Source of the DNA: Armatimonadota bacterium
GTDB lineage: Bacteria; Armatimonadota; SYMT01
Assembly (NCBI GenBank): GCA_041690135.1
Contig: JAWLHY010000017.1
Coordinates: forward strand, 96,001-160,000
Reading direction: 5' to 3'
Length of the DNA stretch: 64,000 bases
The position numbers and the translations under genes were made by a program. Positions 1-10,556 of the stretch are shown piece after piece; within the stretch, counting starts at the first letter, position 1, and each line of letters starts with the position of its first letter. A model generated the notes under the pieces. The model had not been told where the DNA came from. It saw only the letters and a list, made by a program, of their open reading frames with translations, and searched no databases.

Positions 1-528
1 TTAACAGCCTCGGCCCGGCGCCGGGGGCTTGACGCCCGGTTTCTGGCTACGGGCCAGACCGGAATGTTGATTTCCGGGGGTGGGTTGACCCTCGATCGGA
101 TCCCGGGTGACTTCATGGCGGGCTTCATCGAGCAACTCGTCCTGCAACACCGCGACGCCGGGATCGCCTTCGTCGAGGGCCAGGGCTGCCTCCTCCACCC
201 GGCCTATTCCGGAGTGACGCTCTCACTCCTGCATGGCTCCCTTCCGGATGCGATGATTCTCGTCCACCATGCGGGGCGCTCGCAGATGCGCAACCAGCAA
301 ATGCCGATTCCCCCTCTTCCGGATTGGGTCCGCCGGTACGAAGATGCCCTGGCCCCGCTCCACCCAGGTCGCGTGGTGGGAATCGCCATCAATCCTTACG
401 GTCTCACTTCCAAAGAGGCTGCGGAAGCTGTCCGGCAAGCGGAAGGGGAGACCGGATTGCCCGCCGTGGATGTAGTGGTCGATGGTGCCGACCGTTTGCT
501 GGAAGCCATCTTAAGCGAGCGAAGCTGA
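1..528 (+). CDS. DUF1611 domain-containing protein (P-loop-like; 5' part outside window)
   Basis: Frame open from base 1: LTASARRRGLDARFLATGQTG...DFMAG...VEGQGCLLHPAYSGVTLSLLHGS.PDAMILVH, the typical DUF1611 motifs. Confidence 0.85.
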   Translation, partial: LTASARRRGLDARFLATGQTGMLISGGGLTLDRIPGDFMAGFIEQLVLQHRDAGIAFVEGQGCLLHPAYSGVTLSLLHGSLPDAMILVHHAGRSQMRNQQMPIPPLPDWVRRYEDALAPLHPGRVVGIAINPYGLTSKEAAEAVRQAEGETGLPAVDVVVDGADRLLEAILSERS

Positions 529-600
529 CGGGGTAAGGTGCTTTCGCACCTCCAGCGACACCGGCGCCTCTGCCACCCCCACCTTTCGGTGTCGCTCGGC

Positions 601-1395
601 CTAAAGCGGGTAGGGAATGCGCTCCCGTTGCTGGAATCGCACGAGTTCCCGGTATCCGGCCTCGCGGGCCAACTCGCGGGCGCGCTGGAAGTCGCGGGTC
701 AGGAACTCCGGAAAGTGCGCGTCCGCGTTGATCAGGAGAGGAATCGCGCGTTTCCGGGCCTCCACCAGCAGCTCCAGCGAAGGGTACGCCTCTTGGGCAG
801 GGAGGCTCCAGCCGGCAGTGTTGATCTCAATCGCCATGTCGGCGTCGCGGATCGCGTCCAGTGCCTCCCGGGCCTCCCTCCGGAGATCCACGGTGGGACG
901 GTGCCCGAACTTCTTGGCCAGGTCGATGTGCCCCACGAAGTCGAAGGTGCCGCTCTCCGCCATTTGTCGCACGCGCACCCAGTACATGCGCCACATCTCA
1001 TCACGTTCTTCGACGGTGAGCGCGTCCCACTTCTGGCCCGTTTCATCGATGGGGAAGTCCTCGACGTAGTGGACCGAGCCGATGAGGTAATCGAACGGGT
1101 AGACGCCCAGCCGTTCCCGCACCTCGTCGACGGTCTCCGGGAAGAAGTCGGCCTCCACTCCCAGCCGCAGCGCGAGTCCCTTCACCTCCAGGGCGGCCGC
1201 CCGGATCTGCAGGACGTAGTCACCCAACAGGTCCAGAGGCATCGACCAGTCCACCTCCACCCGGTCCGGGCGGAGCACGTAATGGTCCGAAATGCCCAGT
1301 TCATCCAATCCGATTTGCTGGGCCGCGTGAATCTGCGCCGCAAGGGTGGGAGCGCCGTCGCTCCAGTTCGTGTGGTTGTGGTAAGAGGTAAGCAT
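601..1395 (-). CDS. PHP-family histidinol-phosphatase (HisJ/HisK type)
   Basis: YHNHT, ISDH, GVEAD, IGSVH, GHIDL, EINTAG and NADAH metal-binding motifs of the PHP fold; alternative start at 1416. Confidence 0.85.
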   Translation of the reverse strand: MLTSYHNHTNWSDGAPTLAAQIHAAQQIGLDELGISDHYVLRPDRVEVDWSMPLDLLGDYVLQIRAAALEVKGLALRLGVEADFFPETVDEVRERLGVYPFDYLIGSVHYVEDFPIDETGQKWDALTVEERDEMWRMYWVRVRQMAESGTFDFVGHIDLAKKFGHRPTVDLRREAREALDAIRDADMAIEINTAGWSLPAQEAYPSLELLVEARKRAIPLLINADAHFPEFLTRDFQRARELAREAGYRELVRFQQRERIPYPL

Positions 1396-1743
1396 GAGTG
1401 GCTGTCGAGAGGGCATTGCTGCGAAATACCGCAGTTACTACCCACCACCTATCAGTATAGACCGACCAGCGACCCATTGAGCGTTATGCCGCCGGATAGG
1501 AGGTCGCATGCCCAACACCGCACTGACTGCACACTAAAGAACGTCCGGGGAGCCTGGTTGGTAAACGATTTTACAGGGGATGGCAGGAACACCAGGCGGG
1601 AAGGCGGAACTCTGGGGTGAGCTACATACCGGCCGGCTGCCACATTCGTCACGAGCCGGCCAGAAATGTGCCATTTTAACGCTTTATCTACCCCCGCTAC
1701 CACCGTCGGCAGCGAAGCCGGTTTCTGGAGAGGACCCCGCAGG

Positions 1744-4700
1744 ATGGCCACCGCATCTCCTCCGCGTACACCCCGCCTTCGAGGCGCTTCATTATTCCTC
1801 GTTCTTGCTTTCCTTTCGCTGGGTACGCTCTGCTTTGCCGCAGGAGAACCCGCATCCCCCTATCGCGGAGGGTTCCTCGCATCCCAGTTGGAGGACGGCG
1901 GTGACCGGAGCGGTCCGCTGCCGGACTTCGACGTGCAGGCGGCACGGGGGACCGTGCTCCCCGCCTTGCCGGAGCGCACTGCGGATGCCGTAGCAGGAGA
2001 GCTACCCGCCGGAAGCCGGGTGCGCTTGAGTGCATTAACCCGGCGGGCTAGCCGGGTCGCGCACCCCCACCGCGCCCTGACCTTGCCATCCACCGGAACT
2101 GCCCTGGAGATTGCCAAGCGGTTTCTCGCCGATCAACCGGCTCTGTTCGGTCTTGGGCGCGGGGAGGTCCAGGCGCTCCAGGCCACCCGCAACTACACAA
2201 CGAAAGGGCTCGACGTCACCCACCTGACGGTAACCCAGCAGCACCGGGGGATTCCCGTCTTCCAGTCTGAGATGGTTCTGAACGTCGGCCGCGGCGGCCG
2301 CCTTCTTTCGGTGGCCGGCGAATTGGTCCCTCGCCTCGAGGGGACGGTCAACACGGTGGCGCCGGCCCTGAGTGCGGCTGGGGCATTGACCATTGCTTGC
2401 CGCAATATCGGGCTGGTGGTCGCGCAACCCCCAGTTCCGGCGGGCCCGCCGGCCGGTCCGCGCCAGCGGATAACCTTTGCCGCGGGAGAAACATTCCCGC
2501 TTCCCATCACGGCGGAACTCTCTTATATCCAGGTAGCCCCCGGTAGCACCCGCCTGGCGTGGGACCTCATCTTATTCCAGCGCAACGCACCCGACATCTA
2601 TCATTTCCTGGTGGATGCCGTGAGCGGGGCGGTGCTCTTCCGGAAGAACTACACCCAGTATGCGCAGGGCCTGGTCTATCACCGCGACAGCCCGCAGGAC
2701 GGCACACCTTACCTGGGTGTCGAGCCACCGGTGCTGCAACGGGTACTACGTCCGTTCGACGGAAGCATAATTTTCAGCCCAGCCGATCCTCACTTCGATT
2801 GGTGGGCGGGGGCGCCGCAAACCACCACCGAAACCAACAACGTACGGGCCGGCTTGAACCGTGAAGGACCCACGTTGCCTATTCTGACCACGCAACCGAA
2901 CCAGGTGAGTGCACCGGCTGGGAATTTCAGCTTCCCGCTAGATCTCTCCCAACAGCCGTCCGCGTGGACCGATGCAGCTGTCACCAACCTTTTCTACTGG
3001 AACAATATCTGTCACGACGTGTGGTACCATTTCGGGTTTACCGAGACGGCCGGGAACTTCCAGAACTCCAACTTTGGGCTGGGTGGGGGTGAGGCGGATC
3101 ATGTCATCGCTCTCGCACAACACGGAGCCGATCTCAATCCCCCCCAACGCGGCAACGCCTTCATGGCCACGCTGCCCGATGGGCTGCCTGGCTTTATGGC
3201 GATGTTTGAGTTCGATCTCACCAACCCACTCCGCGATTCCGACCTGGATAACGGAGTCATCATCCACGAATATGGCCACGGTTTAAGTAACCGGCTGATC
3301 GGCAATGGCAACGGCCTGAATGGCTTCCAAAGTGGATCGATGGGTGAAGGGTGGTCCGACTTTTGTGCCCTGACCATCCTCGCGGAGCCGACAGACGATA
3401 TCCATGGCCGGTATCCCATGGGCGGCTGGGTTCTGAACGATTTCGCGAACGGCATCCGCAGTCAGACATACAGCTCAGATCCGGCGGTGTTCACACGAAC
3501 TTACGGAGAAATCTCCGACCTGTTTCCGTTTGTACACACTGCCGGGGAAATTATGGCGAACGCGCTCTGGCAGATGTACGTGAAGCTGGTGGAGCGGTTT
3601 GGGTTCACGGAAGGGCGGGAGCGGGCCATGCAGCTCTTCGTGGATGGCCTGAAGCTGTCGCCGGTCAACCCCACTTTCCTGGACTACCGGGACGCCATTC
3701 TCCTGGCGGATACCCAGCGCTACTCCGGTGAACACCTGGACGAAATCTGGAGGTCGTTCGCCTCGCGTGGAATGGGCCTCTCCGCGTCCACGACGGATAC
3801 CGATGACATCAATCCGGTAGAGGCCTTCGACTTCCCGATCAACGTCTTCTCGATTTCCGGGCGAGCATCCGTTGGTGGGATAGGCGTGGGCGGCGTGCAG
3901 GTGACCGCTACCGACCCGACTCTCGTAACGATGGAAAACCCGACGGGATTGGTTGCGTCCGAGGTGACGGCAGCGGATGGCACCTACACCCTGGCGGGCC
4001 TGAAAGCCGCCAGTCTGCGCGTTTCCGCTGTCTTCCCGAACTTTAGCTTCGCCCCCCCGCAGGTGATTGTCGCGGTTCCGCCGATCGCGGAAGGCGTGAA
4101 CTTCGTGGGGCAGCAGGTTTCTCCGATCCCCGGTCCTCCCGGTTTGACGGCGGCGGCTGTTTCTTCCCGAGAGATCCGCCTGGATTGGCAGGATAACTTC
4201 GGCGATGAGACCGTTTTCGAGATCGAGCGCAAGGACGCGGGAGGGGCCTTCACTCAGATTGCCGCGGTGGGCGCCAATATCACGAGTTTTTCCGATGGAG
4301 GCCGGGCGCCGAACAGCACCTATGTCTACCGCGTCCGGGCGATCCTGCCGTACGCGGTGAGCGTGTACTCCGATGAAGCATCGGCGTTGACTTTCCCGGA
4401 GGCTCCCTCGGCGTTGACCGCGCGAGTAATTTCGGACACGCGGATCGACCTGAGCTGGACGCCGGCCACCGGGGGGCAGGCGAGTTTCCGGTTAGAGCGG
4501 GTCGTGGGCGGCTCGATCCAGACCGGAAGCGGTTTGGCGAATATTACCGTCGCCGGCGATCAGGTTGCTTACACGGACGCGGCGGTCGCGGCGCACACCA
4601 CTTACGCCTATCGGATCCGCGCGGTGAATGCCAGTGGTGAGTCGCCGGCATCGCGAGAGGCCGGAGGGACGACCCTGCGCGCGAAGCCGGCGGCGCCCGG

Positions 4701-7700
4701 GGGTCTGACAGTCATGGCGAATTCGAGCAGCACGCTGCGGTTGTCATGGGTGGATCAAAGCGACAACGAGACCTTCTTCCGGGTGGAGCGCTCGGAGGAC
4801 AACGGGACCACCTGGCCGGTGAGCCGTTCCGTCGACGGGTCGAGTGGGTCGGGGGCCGGTGTTGAGTTAGTAGAGAGTGGCCTCACCGCGAACACCCGCT
4901 ATACCTTCCGGGTCCTGGCTGTGAATGTGAACCATGCTTCGGACCCCGCCGGTCCCGTGAGCCGTTTGACGGCGCCGGCCCGGCCCACGGGTCTGGCGGC
5001 TTCGAGCCTGGGCGGCAATTCGGTGAAGCTGGTGTGGAGTGACAACAGCCCTCAGCCATCCGATTTCCGCGTGGAGCGACGTACCGGAGCCGGGATGTAT
5101 GGCTTGCTCGGTACGGTTGCGGCCGGAAGCACCACCTATACCGACACCACGGTGTCGTCGAATACGCAGTACTTCTACCGGGTACAGGCGGTGAACGTCG
5201 ACGCCGCATCGGAGTTCTCGAACGAGGCCGAGATCAGTACCCCTCCGGATGCACCGCTAGCGCCGGTCGGCCTGTCCCTGGAAGTCCTTTCGAGCCGGGA
5301 GATCCGGCTGACCTGGTCCGATCAGAGCCTTTTGGAGCAGTCCTTCAAAATAGAACGGCGAGTGGCGGATGACGCGCCGGGGTTCCGGCAGGTCGCGACC
5401 GTGCCCGCCGCCGACGGGACTGGATCCGTGGTGGCCTACCTCGACGGCGGCTTGGTTCCCGCCACCCGCTACGCCTACCGGGTACGCGCGGCGAATGCCG
5501 GCGGCAATTCGGCCTACACCGGCGAAGTGAGTGCCCGGACTCTTCCCAACCCGCCTGGTGTGCCTTCCGGGCTGGGCGTGAGTGTGGTGTCGCAGAACGA
5601 GCTCAAGCTGACCTGGATCGATGGGAGTTCCGATGAGACGGGATTCAAGATCGAGCGCTCTCTGGATGGGATGTCGTTCACCCAGATCGATACCGCCGCG
5701 GAGAACGCCACTTCCTACTCGAACTCGGGACTCCTTCCGAATACGGCCTACTATTACCGCGTTCGCGCCACCAACGATGGCGGTGACTCCGCCTACTCCA
5801 ACGTCGCCAGCGGCACGACGCAGCCGGAGGTTCCGCAGTCTCCGACCGGTTTGAGCGCCTTGGTCTCTCCGACCGGTGTCCAATTATCTTGGTCCGACAC
5901 CAGCGACAATGAGACCGGCTTCCGGTTGGAGCGGTCGACAGATGGCGTAGCGTTCAGCCTCCTCGTGGTGCTGGGAATGGATGCCTCGAGCCACACCGAT
6001 CAAAGCGTGGCGCCGAATACCACCTACTGGTACCAGGTGCGAGCGGTCAATGCCGGCGGCCCATCGGAGGCCTCCAACCAGGTGATGGTGCGCACGCCTC
6101 CGCTGCCGCCCAGCGCGCCTTCCGACCTGCAGGTGGCTGTCGTCTCCGAATCCGAACTGGCACTGACCTGGCAGGATAACAGCAATAACGAGGATGGCTT
6201 CGAAGTGGACCGCCGCGAGGGTGACGGACCGTTCTCCCGAGTTGCAACCCTTCCCGCCCAAGCGGCGAGTTTCGACGATACGGGTCTGGCGTCCAACACG
6301 GAGTACCACTACCGGGTGCGGGCAGTCAATGCCGGGGGGGCCTCGGCGTATACCCCTACCATCGGCCGCTTCACGCTTCCATCCGTTCCGAGCGGCATCT
6401 CCGCCATGGCGACTGCGCAGCAACGGATCGATCTGATTTGGACCGATACCAGTGCGCGGCCTTCTGCTTTCCGCGTGGAACGGGCGACGGGCATGAGCGG
6501 AACCTGGACCCAGATTGCGGTGACAGCAGTCGGGGCTTCCAGCTACCAGGATACGGGGCTCCCGGTTTTCGCGGAGTATCGCTATCGGGTGCGTGCCACG
6601 AACCCGTCGGGAGATTCCGCTTCCTCGAACGAAGCTTCCGCCCGGACCCTGCCCCTGCCGCCCGCGGCACCCACGGACCTGCGGATCGCTCAGGCGACGC
6701 AAACGACCCTCACCCTGGGTTGGACGGATCGAAGTGGGAACGAGCTCGGGTTTAAAGTGGAGCAGTCGGACAATGGGGGGGAGAGTTTTGCGCAAGTTCG
6801 TCAACTAGGAGCGAACTCGGATTCCGTGACGGTGGATGGGCTCGCGCCCGCAACCACCTACCAGTTCCGAGTCCGCGCATTCAACGCCGGCGGAGACTCC
6901 GCTTACACTTCCACACTGGCGGCTGCCACCCTCCCGCTGGCGCCCGGAACTCCCTCCGGACTGATCGTGAGCCTCGCACCGGGAGCCCAAACGGCGCCCG
7001 GCGCGCTGGCACCCGGTGCTACATCATTGGTACTGAGCTGGACGGACAACAGCAGTACGGAGACGGGTTTCCGCATCGAACGCTCGTCGAATGGCGGTGA
7101 AACCTTCGCTGTCGTGGGGCTGGTCGGAGCGGACGTGACGTCCTACGTGGATACCAGTCTCACGGCGGCTACGACGTACACCTACCAGGTTCGGTCCGTT
7201 AACGCGGGGGGTGACTCCGCTCCGTCCGGCATGGCGTCGCATGTTACGCTGCCCGCGCCTCCCGTCGCACCCACGGCATTGACGGCCGTCGCGAAGTCCG
7301 CGGCAGCGGTCCAAGTCACCTGGACGGACGCCAGCACCGATGAGACGGGCTTCCGCATCGAGCGCCGGGTTTCGAACGGGTCGTTCAGTGTCCTGGCAAC
7401 GGTAGGGGCGGGTAGCCAATCTCATACAGACGGAACCGTCGCGGCGGGCGCGACGTACCGCTACCGGATCGCCGCGGAGAATGCGGGTGGCCTTTCAACC
7501 TTCACCGAAACTGAGGTTGTGCTCCCGCTGGGCCTGGTCTCCATAGCCCTGACCGGCGATAGCGTGCGGGGTGGCAGGTCCGTTCGGGGCACCGTAACGC
7601 TATCGGGACCCGCTCCCCGCGGCGGAGCGCTGGTGATCCTGACCAGCAGCGATCCCGTCGTCCGGGTTCCTAGAAAGGTGCGGATCTCGCCGGGACGGAC

Positions 7701-7812
7701 CTCGGCGCGGTTTGTGGTTCGCACCGCGCGCCCGAAGGAGAGCGTGGAAGTCGCAATCAGCGGCGCGTACGGAGGGGCCACTCGATCCGCCTCGCTACAG
7801 GTTCTCAGGTAG
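1744..7812 (+). CDS. Secreted M36 (fungalysin) family metallopeptidase with FTP/PepSY-like propeptide, 12 fibronectin type III repeats and a C-terminal Ig-like domain
   Basis: Signal peptide; NLFYWNN, GFTETAGNFQ, IIHEYGHGLSNRL (nt 3265-3279), MGEGWSD and HTAGE motifs; 12 repeats of P.aP.gL......L.W.D...E..F.IER...Y.YRVRA.N. Confidence 0.9.
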   Translation: MATASPPRTPRLRGASLFLVLAFLSLGTLCFAAGEPASPYRGGFLASQLEDGGDRSGPLPDFDVQAARGTVLPALPERTADAVAGELPAGSRVRLSALTRRASRVAHPHRALTLPSTGTALEIAKRFLADQPALFGLGRGEVQALQATRNYTTKGLDVTHLTVTQQHRGIPVFQSEMVLNVGRGGRLLSVAGELVPRLEGTVNTVAPALSAAGALTIACRNIGLVVAQPPVPAGPPAGPRQRITFAAGETFPLPITAELSYIQVAPGSTRLAWDLILFQRNAPDIYHFLVDAVSGAVLFRKNYTQYAQGLVYHRDSPQDGTPYLGVEPPVLQRVLRPFDGSIIFSPADPHFDWWAGAPQTTTETNNVRAGLNREGPTLPILTTQPNQVSAPAGNFSFPLDLSQQPSAWTDAAVTNLFYWNNICHDVWYHFGFTETAGNFQNSNFGLGGGEADHVIALAQHGADLNPPQRGNAFMATLPDGLPGFMAMFEFDLTNPLRDSDLDNGVIIHEYGHGLSNRLIGNGNGLNGFQSGSMGEGWSDFCALTILAEPTDDIHGRYPMGGWVLNDFANGIRSQTYSSDPAVFTRTYGEISDLFPFVHTAGEIMANALWQMYVKLVERFGFTEGRERAMQLFVDGLKLSPVNPTFLDYRDAILLADTQRYSGEHLDEIWRSFASRGMGLSASTTDTDDINPVEAFDFPINVFSISGRASVGGIGVGGVQVTATDPTLVTMENPTGLVASEVTAADGTYTLAGLKAASLRVSAVFPNFSFAPPQVIVAVPPIAEGVNFVGQQVSPIPGPPGLTAAAVSSREIRLDWQDNFGDETVFEIERKDAGGAFTQIAAVGANITSFSDGGRAPNSTYVYRVRAILPYAVSVYSDEASALTFPEAPSALTARVISDTRIDLSWTPATGGQASFRLERVVGGSIQTGSGLANITVAGDQVAYTDAAVAAHTTYAYRIRAVNASGESPASREAGGTTLRAKPAAPGGLTVMANSSSTLRLSWVDQSDNETFFRVERSEDNGTTWPVSRSVDGSSGSGAGVELVESGLTANTRYTFRVLAVNVNHASDPAGPVSRLTAPARPTGLAASSLGGNSVKLVWSDNSPQPSDFRVERRTGAGMYGLLGTVAAGSTTYTDTTVSSNTQYFYRVQAVNVDAASEFSNEAEISTPPDAPLAPVGLSLEVLSSREIRLTWSDQSLLEQSFKIERRVADDAPGFRQVATVPAADGTGSVVAYLDGGLVPATRYAYRVRAANAGGNSAYTGEVSARTLPNPPGVPSGLGVSVVSQNELKLTWIDGSSDETGFKIERSLDGMSFTQIDTAAENATSYSNSGLLPNTAYYYRVRATNDGGDSAYSNVASGTTQPEVPQSPTGLSALVSPTGVQLSWSDTSDNETGFRLERSTDGVAFSLLVVLGMDASSHTDQSVAPNTTYWYQVRAVNAGGPSEASNQVMVRTPPLPPSAPSDLQVAVVSESELALTWQDNSNNEDGFEVDRREGDGPFSRVATLPAQAASFDDTGLASNTEYHYRVRAVNAGGASAYTPTIGRFTLPSVPSGISAMATAQQRIDLIWTDTSARPSAFRVERATGMSGTWTQIAVTAVGASSYQDTGLPVFAEYRYRVRATNPSGDSASSNEASARTLPLPPAAPTDLRIAQATQTTLTLGWTDRSGNELGFKVEQSDNGGESFAQVRQLGANSDSVTVDGLAPATTYQFRVRAFNAGGDSAYTSTLAAATLPLAPGTPSGLIVSLAPGAQTAPGALAPGATSLVLSWTDNSSTETGFRIERSSNGGETFAVVGLVGADVTSYVDTSLTAATTYTYQVRSVNAGGDSAPSGMASHVTLPAPPVAPTALTAVAKSAAAVQVTWTDASTDETGFRIERRVSNGSFSVLATVGAGSQSHTDGTVAAGATYRYRIAAENAGGLSTFTETEVVLPLGLVSIALTGDSVRGGRSVRGTVTLSGPAPRGGALVILTSSDPVVRVPRKVRISPGRTSARFVVRTARPKESVEVAISGAYGGATRSASLQVLR

Positions 7813-7821
7813 CGAGGTAAT

Positions 7822-7862
7822 GCTGGGGCGGGCGCAAAGTGTAGGCTTGCGCCCGCCCCAGC
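7822..7862. terminator. Hairpin between convergent genes (probable bidirectional terminator)
   Basis: Perfect 16-bp inverted repeat gctggggcgggcgcaa / ttgcgcccgccccagc. Confidence 0.65.
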
Positions 7863-7864
7863 CG

Positions 7865-9004
7865 TTACCGGGCAGAGGGGGCTTCGCCCAACTGTACGGT
7901 AAACGTGCGCCGATCGTTTCCGCGTTGCGCCACGATCCGGATCTCATCTCCCGGTGCGTGGTCGCGGAGGGCGTTTCGCAGATCGCCGGCGTCCGAAACC
8001 TCCACTCCATTCACCTGTAGCAGGATGTCTTCCGGACGGATGCCGGCGCGGTCGGCCGGCCCGCCGCGCACTACGTTAGCTACAATCGCGCCCCGTTCAG
8101 CCGGCAGCTCGTACTCGCGAGCCAATTCGGGCGTCACCAACACGTAGGTGAGCCCCAACCACGGTCGGATGACGCGACCATGCTCCAGGATGTCATTTAG
8201 AGTGTCGCGCGCGGTGTTGATAGGCACGGCAAATCCCAGGCCGGTCCCACCGTACGGTCCGGATACAACTGCCGTGTTGATGCCAATCACGCGGCCTCGC
8301 GCGTCCACCAACGGGCCGCCGGAGTTGCCCGGGTTAATACTGGCGTCTGTCTGGATCATGTTGTCCAGCACGGCTCCCTGGCCTTCCAGGTTCCGGTTGG
8401 TGGCACTCACGATGCCGGAGGTCACGGTCCGCTCGAACCCGAGGGGATTTCCGATGGCAATGGCGGTCTGGCCCACGTGGAGTTCGTCGGAGTTTCCCAA
8501 CGGGGCCGCGGGAAGGTCGTTCCCGTCGACCTTGACGACGGCGATGTCCACTGCCGGATCGGCGCCGAGTACCTGGCCGGTTACTTCCCGACCCGTGGCC
8601 AGGGTAACCCGCACCCGGCTGCTCCCCTGCACCACATGACTGTTGGTGAGAATGTAGCCGTTACGGGTGACGATTACGCCCGATCCGAGCCCGCGTCCGG
8701 ACGCGGGTTGAATGCTGACCACAGAGGGAGTGACCCGGTCGGCCGCCTGGATGACGTTAACATCTCCCAGTGACGATAGTTGCGCCGGCTCTTCGCCGGC
8801 TGCACCTGGGGTCTCAACCGGGGAAGGGGCGGTGCGTGGATCAGGTTCCGGCCAAAGCGGTGTTTCGACCGGCCTGCGGTCCTGGGGCCGGTCAGTCGCG
8901 CTCTCCTGTCGATCCTGCAAGAAGGCCGGTCGTTCACAGCCTCCCAGCAGTGTCGCAGCCAGTCCGACCCCCATCAGTACCGGCCATCCACTCCGTCTTG
9001 CCAT
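7865..9004 (-). CDS. HtrA/DegP-family trypsin-like serine protease with one PDZ domain, probable lipoprotein
   Basis: GSGV, LTNSHVV, DIAVVK, QTDASINPGNSGGPL catalytic triad motifs; C-terminal PDZ; lipobox LLGGC; purine-rich RBS before ATG 9004. Confidence 0.92.
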   Translation of the reverse strand: MARRSGWPVLMGVGLAATLLGGCERPAFLQDRQESATDRPQDRRPVETPLWPEPDPRTAPSPVETPGAAGEEPAQLSSLGDVNVIQAADRVTPSVVSIQPASGRGLGSGVIVTRNGYILTNSHVVQGSSRVRVTLATGREVTGQVLGADPAVDIAVVKVDGNDLPAAPLGNSDELHVGQTAIAIGNPLGFERTVTSGIVSATNRNLEGQGAVLDNMIQTDASINPGNSGGPLVDARGRVIGINTAVVSGPYGGTGLGFAVPINTARDTLNDILEHGRVIRPWLGLTYVLVTPELAREYELPAERGAIVANVVRGGPADRAGIRPEDILLQVNGVEVSDAGDLRNALRDHAPGDEIRIVAQRGNDRRTFTVQLGEAPSAR

Positions 9005-9343
9005 CGCCTTCTCCCCTCTGCGCTCCCGCGAGGCTCTGGGATACCCGGTGCACCTCGCACGACCGGCTATACCCGGAGGGCCGACGCTCAAAACGACGCC
9101 GCTCGGCTGCCTGTCCACCCGCCGAGAGAGGATGAAGAGGTGGTCGAAAGGCGACTTCGGAACTTGGGTCCCTAGAAGAGCGAGCCGCCCACTCGGCAGT
9201 GCCGGAAAAACCCTCTGCGAGTGCGAAGAGGACGTAAAGGGAGCCGGTGGCTTGCCAGCGAACGGTTAAACAGCGCCGGGAGCACTGATCGCCGTTCCGG
9301 TCGCATGGGAAGGGGCAAGCACGGGCCAGCAGGGGGTTCATCA

Positions 9344-10462
9344 TTGCGTATCGACCGGATCGAAATCTACTACGTTCGCCTTCCATTGATCTATCCATGG
9401 AAGACGGCCTATGGCGAAGATGCCGACATCCACTCCGTGCTGTTCCGGCTGGTTTCCGGAGCGCATGAGGGGTGGGGGGAGACAACCCCCTTTTTTGCAC
9501 CCACCTACTCGCCGGAAACGGCCTCCACAGTCTTTGTACTGAATGAGGAAGTCTTCGGACCGCGCCTCATCGGACGGGAGTTCGAAACGGCCGAAGCCCT
9601 TCTGGACGCCCTCCGCATCTTCAAGGGCAACCCGTTCGCCAAGGCGGGTCCGGAGTCCGCATGGTGGGACCTCAAAGCACGGATGGAGGGGGTCCCACTG
9701 GGAAAGCTCCTCGGTGCGAGCCGGACCACGGTGGATGCGGGCTCCGACTTCGGCGTGCAGGACAGCTACGACATGCTCCTGGAGAAGATCCAGGGGGCGA
9801 TTGACCGGGGATTCAAGCGCACCAAGCTGAAGGTACGTCCTGGTTGGGACCTCGAGATGCTTCGCCTGGTGCGGGAGACCTTCCCCCGCCAGACGTTCCA
9901 CATCGACTGCAACTCCGGATACACGCTGGCGGATCTCGATTTCTTCAAGGCTGTGGATCGCCTCGATCTGGCCATGATCGAACAGCCCCTCTTCCATCGG
10001 GATCTCCACGACCACGCGGAACTGCAGGGTCAGCTGGATACTCCGATCTGCCTTGATGAGTCGATCACCTGCCTCCGCGACTTCGACCTGGCTCTCAAGC
10101 TCGGTTCCTGTCGTTACCTCAACATCAAGATCGGCAGGGTAGGAGGGATCTCGGTGGCCCGTTCTCTCCACGACCGGGCGATGGAGCACGGTGTTCCGTG
10201 TTGGGTGGGAGGCATGCTGGAGAGTGGGTTAGGGGCCGGTCTCAGCATCGAGCTCGCGGGTCTCGCCAACTTCACTTACCCGAACGACCTCTTCCCTTCG
10301 GCGTTCTTTTACCGCCAGGACCTCACCGAACCGGAGACAGCGCTGAACCCGGACTGTACCTTCAGCCTTTCCACGGTGCCCGGTACTCCCTACGTCCCCG
10401 TGCGAGAACGGGTGGAAGCCGCCACCGTGCGGAAAGCAGTGCTCACCGCTCCCTGCGGTTGA
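9344..10462 (+). CDS. o-succinylbenzoate synthase / N-acylamino acid racemase (MenC/NAAAR-type enolase superfamily)
   Basis: KLKVRPGWD, IDCNSGY, IEQPL, CLDES, NIKIGRVGG, WVGGMLESG motifs; TTG start inferred. Confidence 0.85.
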   Translation: MRIDRIEIYYVRLPLIYPWKTAYGEDADIHSVLFRLVSGAHEGWGETTPFFAPTYSPETASTVFVLNEEVFGPRLIGREFETAEALLDALRIFKGNPFAKAGPESAWWDLKARMEGVPLGKLLGASRTTVDAGSDFGVQDSYDMLLEKIQGAIDRGFKRTKLKVRPGWDLEMLRLVRETFPRQTFHIDCNSGYTLADLDFFKAVDRLDLAMIEQPLFHRDLHDHAELQGQLDTPICLDESITCLRDFDLALKLGSCRYLNIKIGRVGGISVARSLHDRAMEHGVPCWVGGMLESGLGAGLSIELAGLANFTYPNDLFPSAFFYRQDLTEPETALNPDCTFSLSTVPGTPYVPVRERVEAATVRKAVLTAPCG

Positions 10463-10556
10463 GGGACGGTTGCGGTAGACTAACACCGGATTGAACGGAG
10501 GGCGGCCAACGACGCTGCCCAAGCCGCTCGCGACGCTTCTGTGAAGGAGACCCGAA

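Noticed and set aside
538-1620. 360-aa + strand ORF
   Set aside because: Antisense to the motif-complete PHP phosphatase
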